Shown here piece by piece: positions 15,404 to 22,775 of a DNA stretch of 26,673 bases (its first letter is position 1; the number at the start of each line of letters is the position of its first letter). The notes below the pieces were generated by a model, which was given only the letters and a program-made list of their open reading frames with translations, was not told the DNA's origin and did not search any database. Where the stretch lies: NCBI GenBank assembly GCA_014436445.1, contig GCA_014436445.1_4089.1; one strand, 5' to 3'. A program made the translations under genes and the position numbers. This stretch comes from a phage.

Positions 15404-15516
15404 TTGATTATCCTTAGTTACCAGGGGAAACCGTTTCCCCGTGCGATGTAAAACATTATACGCGTTTAAAAACTATTATCAAGTACTTTAATATAAAAGT
15501 ATTTGAAAAAAAAGTC

Positions 15517-15545
15517 TTGACAACTGCATCCAGTACTGGCATAAT
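15517..15545 (+). promoter_or_regulatory. plus-strand sigma70-type promoter (TTGACA, 17 nt, CATAAT)
   Basis: Consensus -35, 17-nt spacer and CATAAT -10; no plus-strand ORF follows, only the CCCACAGGGTGCA leader motif and a hairpin. Confidence 0.5.
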
Positions 15546-15551
15546 ACTTAC

Positions 15552-15650
15552 ATAAAGACGAGATAGTCACTAACCCACAGGGTGCATAGATCCGTCTATT
15601 AAATGATTCAGTACAAAAAATATAAAGGGGATCAATTGATCCCCCTGGTT
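15552..15650 (+). ncRNA. candidate ~100-nt small RNA
   Basis: Predicted transcript from the 15517-15545 promoter, containing GAGATAGTCACTAACCCACAGGGTGCA and ending at the palindromic hairpin GGGGATCAATTGATCCCCC (15627-15645), which also terminates minus gene 15652..15873. Confidence 0.3.
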
Positions 15651-15651
15651 A

Positions 15652-15873
15652 TTACTTAGTAAGATATAAACAGAAGTCACCTTTATTTGCTACGCCGCCA
15701 GTGTAACGCGATGAATAGTTAGAAACGTCCTGGACTTCTGCTATTACCAGTGTATCATCATTCAATTCGTCGCAGAAGCAAACGGCTGGATCTTTTACGC
15801 CGATATTGTCGGCATGTTCCCGCATAGATTTAACCAGTGCTTCAAGTTGGGAAAGAGTAGTGATATTAGCCAT
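15652..15873 (-). CDS. hypothetical protein (73 aa)
   Basis: Track ORF 15652..15903 trimmed to the ATG at 15873 (GAGGAAAA Shine-Dalgarno) downstream of the leader hairpin at 15885-15906. Confidence 0.55.
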   Translation of the reverse strand: MANITTLSQLEALVKSMREHADNIGVKDPAVCFCDELNDDTLVIAEVQDVSNYSSRYTGGVANKGDFCLYLTK

Positions 15874-15958
15874 TTTATTTTCCTCATTACCAGGGAGAAC
15901 CATTTCCCCCTTGATGTAAACTATTATACAGTACTAAAAACTAATTGCAAGTACTTTT

Positions 15959-16162
15959 TTAATTTAATTGCTTTAAAACATACTCAAAGACACCACGCAC
16001 ATCATTGATCATCGCCTGGCGGTTAGCAGGTAACGCATCAGGATCGCCACTATCCCAGGCATTGATAAAACTCCCCAAATCATGATAGATTTTATTCTGT
16101 AAGCCGATCAACTGCAATTCTTTTTCTTCAAGCTCTTTGATACGTTCAATTAAATCACTCAT
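15959..16162 (-). CDS. hypothetical small protein (67 aa)
   Basis: Track ORF 15959..16198 trimmed to the ATG at 16162 (AAGGA Shine-Dalgarno), 17 nt after the stop of 16180..16461. Confidence 0.5.
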   Translation of the reverse strand: MSDLIERIKELEEKELQLIGLQNKIYHDLGSFINAWDSGDPDALPANRQAMINDVRGVFEYVLKQLN

Positions 16163-16179
16163 TATATAATCCTTAGTAC

Positions 16180-16461
16180 TTAATTGTAAGATCCGCAACG
16201 GTCGCAGTAGTGCCCCTCGTCATCGTCAACGAATTGACCAACGAAATTATCTACTTTCGCTTTCAGGTTATTATAATCGTTTTCTACTTCCTTTAAACGC
16301 TTCTGGTAGTATTCCAGTGCTTTAAGATATGCCGCATCAGTAGTTTTCTCCTGCATAGCTAAATTCATGCCACGCGTTTCATCGTACAGCCAAAAACCAT
16401 CGGTGCACTCACTTATAGACAATGACTTGCTTAACACATTGTACTTTATTACTTTACTCAT
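16180..16461 (-). CDS. hypothetical protein (93 aa)
   Basis: Track ORF; GAGGA Shine-Dalgarno; leader hairpin GCGGGAACTATTCCCGC and TTGCAA/TATAAT promoter at 16480-16545. Confidence 0.6.
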   Translation of the reverse strand: MSKVIKYNVLSKSLSISECTDGFWLYDETRGMNLAMQEKTTDAAYLKALEYYQKRLKEVENDYNNLKAKVDNFVGQFVDDDEGHYCDRCGSYN

Positions 16462-16546
16462 TAGATAATCCTCAGTAAAGGCGGGAACTATTCCCGCTCT
16501 CGATATAAAGTATTATACGTTAATCTAATTACTTTGCAAGTACTTT

Positions 16547-16783
16547 TTAGTGCTTTTTATAAAACATCTCAGCGGTAATATCTTTACCCGTTGGCTGTAC
16601 TTTATCCAGGATCTTTTGGTGTGCACTACGCCCGAAAGAATAAGAACCGTAAACCGTTAGCCAGTAGTCGCCATTTTGGTTTACATGTACCGCACAATAG
16701 GGAACGCCCCGCGAATCGTCACCAATGAAGTGTGATACTGTACCCGTTACGTTTGGCGTTGTAGTTTTGATTTGTTCGATCAT
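16547..16783 (-). CDS. hypothetical protein (78 aa)
   Basis: Track ORF 16547..16816 trimmed to the ATG at 16783 (AGGAG Shine-Dalgarno); the hairpin GGCGGGAACCATTCCCCGCC at 16806-16825 precedes it without a separate promoter. Confidence 0.55.
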   Translation of the reverse strand: MIEQIKTTTPNVTGTVSHFIGDDSRGVPYCAVHVNQNGDYWLTVYGSYSFGRSAHQKILDKVQPTGKDITAEMFYKKH

Positions 16784-16826
16784 TTCTCTTACTCCTGGGA
16801 TATAGGCGGGAACCATTCCCCGCCAG

Positions 16827-16844
16827 TGATTCAGTACTGAATTA
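16827..16844. promoter_or_regulatory. near-perfect copy of the 18-bp palindrome TGATTCAGTACTGAATCA (candidate operator)
   Basis: TGATTCAGTACTGAATTA here; full or half copies also at 14359, 15087, 15604, 18961, 19257, 20103, 20138 and 20381. Confidence 0.4.
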
Positions 16845-17453
16845 ATATGCGATAGATTCTACTACACCATCGATAACATTAAATTGATATTCGTTACCCT
16901 CAATCAGTCCTACAATGTTTTCAGTAGTAAACTGGTCTTCATAAGCATTTTCTAAATCACGGTACAACTTACGAGATAATTCACGGATCGTCTCAGTCAG
17001 TAAGTTTTCCAGATCCTCAGCCAATGCCGCCTGTTTTACAGTTAAATCAGTGTAGCGAGTATCAACGCAACCGCCTACCGTGTTTTCGTGTGCATAACGC
17101 GATTGGGAACGTTCTACACTCATTTCTAAATCATCTACGTTCAACAGGTGACGGATAGTGCGATACTTAGTTAACGCCTTAACCTTGCGTAAAAACTTCT
17201 CAGCGTCAACGTGGTCAGTACTGATTGATGCACCGTCACCTTGCGACCAAAAACCACTGTATTGCAATTCAGCTTCATCTATGCCGTATTCTGGCAGTAC
17301 TGTTTCTTTATAGTATTCCAGTACTGACTCAGCAAAGAAATTATCCTCACTTGCACGTTCCCGATCCCGAACCAGTTCGATAGCCGCCGTTTGTTGTTCT
17401 GCGTTCAGTTCAGAAAAAGCCATAACAAAAGTAGTAGTAGTGATAGTTTTCAT
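16842..17453 (-). CDS. hypothetical protein (203 aa)
   Basis: Track ORF; GAGGGT Shine-Dalgarno; tandem promoter module at 17455-17650 duplicated from 7140-7330. Confidence 0.65.
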   Translation of the reverse strand: MKTITTTTFVMAFSELNAEQQTAAIELVRDRERASEDNFFAESVLEYYKETVLPEYGIDEAELQYSGFWSQGDGASISTDHVDAEKFLRKVKALTKYRTIRHLLNVDDLEMSVERSQSRYAHENTVGGCVDTRYTDLTVKQAALAEDLENLLTETIRELSRKLYRDLENAYEDQFTTENIVGLIEGNEYQFNVIDGVVESIAY

Positions 17454-17521
17454 TTTGTAACCCTCATTCAGTGGTTGATGTAAGTATTATACTTGTTTAC
17501 TTTCTATTGTCAAACTATTTT

Positions 17522-17597
17522 ATCAGGGGAGTTTTTCGTAAGTCTTACTCCTGGACTACTTAACAGGGAGTTACTTATTTCGTTCCCCGTCCTGATG
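17522..17597 (-). ncRNA. candidate structured RNA or leader element, copy 2
   Basis: Differs from the 7206-7281 copy at only 4 positions; same flanking promoters. Confidence 0.35.
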
Positions 17598-17752
17598 TAA
17601 AACATTATACGCCTTTAAACATAGTTGGCAAGTACTTTTTGAAAATAGTTTTTAGTACTTTCATATAGATACACTCCCGCACCCTATGGGCTATCGCCTA
17701 GTGTCCGGCTTGTAAGTATTATCTCACTAAGCCGGATAACTGTCAAGTACTT

Positions 17753-18019
17753 TTATTCAAGTACTGCAATCTTTTTAGTACTGTACACAGTAACGCGGTT
17801 GCCCTTGCGGTCGTGCTTTATTTCTACCACGCGACGCGATACACTATCAGGACGCTTTAAAGCAGATAGCCAGTACTGAATTGATCGGGCTGTACTTTGC
17901 TTTACTACGGCCCAACGTTTACCACGTTCAGATTGTACGCCCATATCTTTAAACGTCGCCCCGTCCTGGCGTGCGGCAATCCGAGCAAGTTCACGCGTTG
18001 CAAAGTATATAATATTCAT
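17753..18019 (-). CDS. hypothetical protein (88 aa), paralog of 5831..6226
   Basis: Track ORF 17753..18073 trimmed to the ATG at 18019 (MNIIYFATRELARIAAR...); promoter region paralogous to the one upstream of 5831..6226. Confidence 0.55.
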   Translation of the reverse strand: MNIIYFATRELARIAARQDGATFKDMGVQSERGKRWAVVKQSTARSIQYWLSALKRPDSVSRRVVEIKHDRKGNRVTVYSTKKIAVLE

Positions 18020-18101
18020 GCTGTTACCCCTATCGTTGTTGTATAAAAGAAATCTATTATAAAGTACTATCACCGTGCAATAGTACTTTTAATCTATTCT
18101 C

Positions 18102-18341
18102 TTACATTCCAACCATCGCCGCACGGATCGCAGTAGTGCTATACTTAAAGCCGTCCGGTGTTTTATCTTGTCCAGTCTGTTCTAAAAATAGCATCATATG
18201 ACGGGCCGCATCATTACGATTAGTGTTAGCGGCAATAAAGTCCTGGGCCAACCGGTATAATGATTCGTCGTTATTAATCCAAAGGCTTACATTCCATTGA
18301 GTTTTGTTTTTGTGTCCTAAGAACATTTTTGATTTAGCCAT
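18102..18341 (-). CDS. hypothetical protein (79 aa)
   Basis: Track ORF; AAGAGGA Shine-Dalgarno; leader hairpin GTGGGGAACTATTCCCCAC and TTGCAA/TATAAT promoter at 18362-18430. Confidence 0.6.
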   Translation of the reverse strand: MAKSKMFLGHKNKTQWNVSLWINNDESLYRLAQDFIAANTNRNDAARHMMLFLEQTGQDKTPDGFKYSTTAIRAAMVGM

Positions 18342-18435
18342 TTTTAAATCCTCTTAATTATAGTGGGGAACTATTCCCCACCTGATGTAAAGTATTATAC
18401 GCTTTTAAACTTAGTTTGCAAGTACTTTATTAAAC

Positions 18436-18798
18436 TTATTCGTAAATCTTGCCACTGTCAGCCCATACCAGGAAACGAGGCATATTATCCCATGCATCTT
18501 GTTTTAAGTTTAAGCCGTGCAATACTTCTGTACTTTCCATTCCTGGTACTGGCTTGCTATACACTGCAAACATTTCGCCCATGTACTGATAAGCCATCGT
18601 TAAATCAGTCTGGATCATCTTATGGATCATTGCATCCAGCATTGCAGTAGCGGCGTACTGTTCACGCTTAAGCGGCAACATTGCAATCAATTCCCGATAA
18701 GCTGCAATGTGAATCCGTACAGTCTCAGCGGGAAGATCTTTCATCTCTTCACGGAAAGAAACCAGGTTAAGCATGATAGTATTGATTTTAGTAGCCAT
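18436..18798 (-). CDS. hypothetical protein (120 aa)
   Basis: Track ORF; leader hairpin CGGGAGCGTCTCCCCCG and TTGCAA promoter at 18826-18890. Confidence 0.6.
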   Translation of the reverse strand: MATKINTIMLNLVSFREEMKDLPAETVRIHIAAYRELIAMLPLKREQYAATAMLDAMIHKMIQTDLTMAYQYMGEMFAVYSKPVPGMESTEVLHGLNLKQDAWDNMPRFLVWADSGKIYE

Positions 18799-19116
18799 CG
18801 TTTTAATCTCTTTTAAAAGTGAGTCGGGAGCGTCTCCCCCGTCTCGATGTAAAACATTCTACACCTTTCCCAATACTTTGCAAGTACTTTCTACAAATAC
18901 TTTTAAAATAGTTTTCTTTCTATATAGGAGTACTGGAACAATCCAGGGAGAACAATCTTTCAGTACTGAATCATTAAGATACCCGTAAAACGGCCTCAAT
19001 CGCATTCTAACGCATTAATACACCTAAGCTATACATTTGCACCGCCACCAGCTAACCAGGGCTTTACGGGCCGTTTAAACGCGTTAAATTATTTTCAATT
19101 ATTTTGTTTTTAGCTA

Positions 19117-19144
19117 TTGACTCAGCACCGAAAAAGCGTATAAT
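19117..19144 (+). promoter_or_regulatory. plus-strand promoter (TTGACT, 16 nt, TATAAT)
   Basis: Consensus elements within the non-coding block; no ORF downstream. Confidence 0.45.
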
Positions 19145-19332
19145 TACTACATAGACGCGAGAAAGCGGATACCCCTGGGGGTGCGGAATTACGCCCAAAA
19201 TTCAGTAAATTTAAAAAGGATACACTCCCGCACCTTAGCAGGTCATAGCACTTTCTCAGTACTGAATCATAGTACCATAGTACGCCCCAGGATGGCAAGC
19301 AAATTAATTAAAACTTTTTGCGTTTAGGGTAT

Positions 19333-19360
19333 TGCTTTATTTTTTCAGTACTGCTATAAT
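19333..19360 (+). promoter_or_regulatory. plus-strand promoter (TTGCTT, 16 nt, TATAAT)
   Basis: Followed by GAGAAAGACTCTAGCCCACCGGGTGCATAA, i.e. the same leader motif as at 15552. Confidence 0.45.
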
Positions 19361-19457
19361 ATTTTCATCAAGTCGAGAAAGACTCTAGCCCACCGGGTGC
19401 ATAATTGTATCTAAAATTCAGTACTAGATTATTTTTTAAAATTATTCATCCAGGCGG

Positions 19458-19486
19458 TTGACATTGCCCCCAGTTTATTAGATAAT
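19458..19486 (+). promoter_or_regulatory. plus-strand promoter (TTGACA, 17 nt, GATAAT) reading toward the iteron array
   Basis: Consensus elements; downstream lie a GGGGAAACCATCCCC hairpin and the iteron-like array. Confidence 0.45.
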
Positions 19487-19580
19487 GATTCCAGATTCAG
19501 AAAAATCTAACTCCAGATACTGCGGGGAAACCATCCCCACGCGGTAGGGGAACTATTGGAAAAACAAAATAAAATTTTGA

Positions 19581-19712
19581 TTTAGCCGTCTATACTTCCA
19601 GACGTGTAACCATCTAGCCGTTTAGCCGTCCAAACGTCTAGCAGTACAGCCATCTAGAAATCTAGCCATCCAGCCGCCTAGAGGGATAGCCATCTTTACT
19701 TCCAGCCATCTG
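19581..19712. repeat. iteron-like array of about 8 YAGCCRTC octamers with interspersed GTCTAG/CATCTAG
   Basis: TTTAGCCGTC occurs exactly twice (19581, 19621); TAGCCGTT, CAGCCATC, TAGCCATC (twice), CAGCCGCC and CAGCCATC follow within about 130 bp of non-coding DNA. Confidence 0.55.
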
Positions 19713-19881
19713 GAGGTCTAGACATCTCTACGTCTAAATTTAACCTAGGGTTACTACGCCCAAAATCCGTCAGTACTATACCATAGATCTATCTTTAAGA
19801 AGGGAGTATTCAGTACTCCCACAATAGCCCTCACTGTTACTGTAGGAGGATGAAGACTATCATGTAGTACTGAATACTGTT

Positions 19882-19911
19882 AGTGGATAATCCACCAGCT
19901 TGTGCTGGTGG
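19882..19911. promoter_or_regulatory. DnaA-box-like 9-mer inside palindrome TGGATAATCCA, followed by hairpin CCACCAGCTTGTGCTGGTGG
   Basis: AGTGGATAA matches the DnaA box (TGTGGATAA, the complement of TTATCCACA) at 8 of 9 positions; an 8-bp-stem hairpin lies immediately 3'. Confidence 0.3.
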
Positions 19912-20398
19912 CATAATGCGTTAGATTAATATCAGTACTGCTACCATTCTGTTAATAACAGTACTGTTCATATTACGAAAAAAGAGGTTATAAAAAGATG
20001 TACCACCCATAGGAGGAACTATCCTTTCAGTACTGTCTCACGACAGGAGGTAGAGTGAATGAATTGTTTGCGGCAACTCATCTCTCTATGTAGAACATTA
20101 TACAGTACTGAATCATAATGTCAATAGCTTTCTTTCATTATTCAGTACTGAAATCGTATAATCTGTATCGCTACAAAACTCATTATATCCCACAAATCCT
20201 ATATGTCCCAACGTAAATTTCAACTTTCGAAGATCCAACTTTTATTTCATAGGTACTCCAAAATTTTTAGGATCGAGATTTAGGATGGAGTACTAACCAA
20301 CTTTTTGCTGGAGCCTCAAGGGGTAATTGAATTTTACCCCGAAGGGTAAAGGGGTAATTGAAATTAAGGTGAAAGTAATAATTCAGTACTAATCATTG

Positions 20399-20628
20399 CG
20401 TGATTACTTTTGATTACATTTGATGTAATTTGCAAAATGGAAAAGGAGCTTGGAAACTACAAAGTACGGCAGACTTCCTCTGCCTACTTAGTGGCATATC
20501 AGTACTGCTACGTTCTTGATTAAACGTGAACATTCCTGTACTCTAGTACTCAATACTAATCACTACCGTGCGTATGAATGATTACATAAATGTTTATATA
20601 TGATTACTTATGACTACCTATGATTACG
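20399..20628. repeat. two clusters of helically phased (A)TGATTAC repeats (20399-20428 and 20578-20628)
   Basis: GATTAC at 20401 and 20411 plus GATGTAAT at 20421; ATGATTAC at 20578, 20601 and 20621 plus ATGACTAC at 20611, with 10-bp spacing in the second cluster. Confidence 0.5.
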
Positions 20629-20743
20629 GGGTTTAGCCTGGGGAGAATCCTAGTGATCGCATTTGTCCAGGCTGAATTTTAACATATGCAACATATGTTA
20701 AAGCCTGTATAATGCTTCCACTACGGAGCTTCCCCTAGCTATA

Positions 20744-20944
20744 TTACTTCCTATATATAATCATTAAGATATAGTAGTACTGATTGTACTGTACATTCTC
20801 TTTAATATTATAAGGGTCTATAGCAATCTCGGTACATCTGTTAAATGCATATCTATTAAATGCCAGTGGAATTATAGATCTAATCCATACTTGTTCATTT
20901 TCTTTTAGTTTACTTATATAGAATTCTTTATGTTCTTTATTCAT
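20744..20944 (-). CDS. small-protein paralog array, member 15 (66 aa)
   Basis: Track ORF; N-terminus MNKEHKEFY, central Cys motif (NRCTEIAI), C-terminus YYILMIIYRK. Confidence 0.6.
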   Translation of the reverse strand: MNKEHKEFYISKLKENEQVWIRSIIPLAFNRYAFNRCTEIAIDPYNIKENVQYNQYYYILMIIYRK

Positions 20945-20949
20945 ATTAG

Positions 20950-21135
20950 TTAGTGTCTGTATATAAGTAATAGTAAGAATACGTACTGCACATCTTCATC
21001 TTTAGTATTGAGTACTGTACGTATTGCGTCATTAAACAAGAATATAGTACTTGGGTCATGAGAATTTAAAGGGGTTCTGGGTACGGCATGTTTGTAGTTC
21101 CCTTTAACAAATTGTGTGTAGTATTCTCTATGCAT
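20950..21135 (-). CDS. small-protein paralog array, member 14 (61 aa)
   Basis: Track ORF; MHREYYTQF...LLLLIYRH. Confidence 0.6.
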   Translation of the reverse strand: MHREYYTQFVKGNYKHAVPRTPLNSHDPSTIFLFNDAIRTVLNTKDEDVQYVFLLLLIYRH

Positions 21136-21136
21136 A

Positions 21137-21322
21137 TTAGTACCTATATATTAGGGCGAGAATGTAGTACAATTCATATGGAATGTAATTTGGGGTGATC
21201 GCACACTGTGTATGGTAAATGAATTGTTCGGTATTTTTCTTATCCTTGATATCTATTGGGATTTGTGGTATAAGCATTTGGGAGTTTAGATCGAGATGGC
21301 TTAAGTAGAATTCTTTATGCAT
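21137..21322 (-). CDS. small-protein paralog array, member 13 (61 aa)
   Basis: Track ORF; MHKEFYLSHL...QCAI...YYILALIYRY. Confidence 0.6.
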   Translation of the reverse strand: MHKEFYLSHLDLNSQMLIPQIPIDIKDKKNTEQFIYHTQCAITPNYIPYELYYILALIYRY

Positions 21323-21331
21323 ATTGTTCTC

Positions 21332-21520
21332 TTAGAATACGAAAGCTAGGTACAGGGTATGATACAGTACTCGATGATAGCTGTCAAAATCTAGTATACA
21401 TGCTTTAGTGCACATAGTAAAGTACACTTTATCATTTTGTGCATTGATACCGCGAGGTTTATCTAATAGATTAGTTCTGAGGTACATTGGGAAATATTTT
21501 GTGTAGTATTCTTTATGCAT
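21332..21520 (-). CDS. small-protein paralog array, member 12 (62 aa)
   Basis: Track ORF 21332..21565 trimmed to the family-conserved start MHKEYYTKYF at 21520; ends ...YHTLYLAFVF. Confidence 0.6.
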   Translation of the reverse strand: MHKEYYTKYFPMYLRTNLLDKPRGINAQNDKVYFTMCTKACILDFDSYHRVLYHTLYLAFVF

Positions 21521-21521
21521 G

Positions 21522-21704
21522 TTAGTACCTGAATATAAGTAGGATAGTGTTATATAGCTGGTCATAACTACTACTATTTTCTATACTTCGTTCTATGCAG
21601 TTATTGAATCCCAGTACTGCCAAATCGTTATCCATAGGGACTTTATATCTGGCGTAGTGTTCAAAAATGCTGGGGAGAAATTGTGTGTAGTATTCTTTGT
21701 GCAT
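21522..21704 (-). CDS. small-protein paralog array, member 11 (60 aa)
   Basis: Track ORF; MHKEYYTQFLP...NNCIERSI...ILLIFRY. Confidence 0.6.
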   Translation of the reverse strand: MHKEYYTQFLPSIFEHYARYKVPMDNDLAVLGFNNCIERSIENSSSYDQLYNTILLIFRY

Positions 21705-21705
21705 A

Positions 21706-21891
21706 TTAGTACCTATATATTAGTAAAAGGATGTGATACAGTACTCGATTATAGTCGTCAATATATATCGAGGATTTAGTGCACTGAATGAAGTAGTCTT
21801 TTTCGTAGTTTTTTTCTATACCCAATGGTTCTGTTGGTACAAGGTGTTGGAGATACATTGGGAGTTTCTCTATGTAGTATTCTTTATACAT
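21706..21891 (-). CDS. small-protein paralog array, member 10 (61 aa)
   Basis: Track ORF; MYKEYYIEKLPMYLQ...QCTKSSI...YHILLLIYRY. Confidence 0.6.
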   Translation of the reverse strand: MYKEYYIEKLPMYLQHLVPTEPLGIEKNYEKDYFIQCTKSSIYIDDYNRVLYHILLLIYRY

Positions 21892-21900
21892 ATATTATCC

Positions 21901-22101
21901 TTAGTACTGGAACGCAAGGTACAGGGTGTGGTAAAGTTGTACTTGATAATTGTTTTCATTAGCTTCTTCATTAAGTACTTGTTCAGTACATGTACGGAAG
22001 TAATCAGCTTCATATATACAGTCAATACCGCGAGGTTCATCTTCTAATAGATTTCCTTGTAGAAACTTTGGTAGTTCTTTTATGTAGAATTCTTTATACA
22101 T
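21901..22101 (-). CDS. small-protein paralog array, member 9 (66 aa)
   Basis: Track ORF 21901..22164 trimmed to the family-conserved start MYKEFYIKELPKFLQ at 22101; ...RTCTEQVL...YHTLYLAFQY. Confidence 0.6.
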   Translation of the reverse strand: MYKEFYIKELPKFLQGNLLEDEPRGIDCIYEADYFRTCTEQVLNEEANENNYQVQLYHTLYLAFQY

Positions 22102-22765
22102 AGTTTGTAATATACGTAATGAGGTGATGCATTTTCTTATCAGTACTGATAATTTCCTGTACATGTTTTGTCAGATTGTACGCGTTTTTATAGAGTACTG
22201 GATTATCGATTACAGTACTGTACATGAATAGTTCTTCTTCCTGTAGTTCTTTGTGTTCTAGTTCTTTGAGGAATTGTAGTACTGTATCAGTTTCTTCTGT
22301 ACGTTGTGCTTGCCAGAAGTGCATATTCTCGTGTACTTTTTCTGCATCAGTAGAGTATATGCCACCCATTTGGAATTGTGCTGTATTGACATCGTGGGAG
22401 GTGTTACAATTCCCGAAGAAGTATGTATTCCCGAAGTATAGCATTAAAGTGCACGGGGTATTATCCAACTGCATATTGATGATGAAGGATGCGTTCTTTA
22501 GTACCTTTGTGCTCGTATTAGTACTCAATACTTTTAAATCAGTATTATAGATATTCATATAATGAACAGCTATATTATTTTTCTTCATGTACAATTCAAG
22601 GTTCTTTGATACGTTAACTCCATTTGTACTGGATTTTTCCTTTTTATTTCGTTTCTTTAGTACATTCGGGTGATACGTATATGCAGATGTAACTGATTCT
22701 GCCTGAATACTATTGAGGTACTTAAAGTGCTTAAGGTATTGTTTGCTGTGTGCATTAAGTTTCAT
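22094..22765 (-). CDS. 223-aa protein with an HExxH motif, embedded in the paralog array
   Basis: Track ORF; AAGGAAA Shine-Dalgarno; contains AEKVHENMHFWQA (HExxH, the zincin metallopeptidase signature); does not share the array-family termini. Confidence 0.55.
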   Translation of the reverse strand: MKLNAHSKQYLKHFKYLNSIQAESVTSAYTYHPNVLKKRNKKEKSSTNGVNVSKNLELYMKKNNIAVHYMNIYNTDLKVLSTNTSTKVLKNASFIINMQLDNTPCTLMLYFGNTYFFGNCNTSHDVNTAQFQMGGIYSTDAEKVHENMHFWQAQRTEETDTVLQFLKELEHKELQEEELFMYSTVIDNPVLYKNAYNLTKHVQEIISTDKKMHHLITYITNYV

Positions 22766-22775
22766 TTGGTTTCCT

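Noticed and set aside
18817-20743. tRNA genes in the non-coding block
   Set aside because: I found no GTTCGAATC-type T-loop or convincing cloverleaf by eye; this needs a tRNA scanner to exclude properly.
21733-22550. Plus-strand track ORFs 21733..22047 and 22224..22550 within the array
   Set aside because: They are antisense to the contiguous, family-conserved minus-strand genes and have no ribosome-binding sites.
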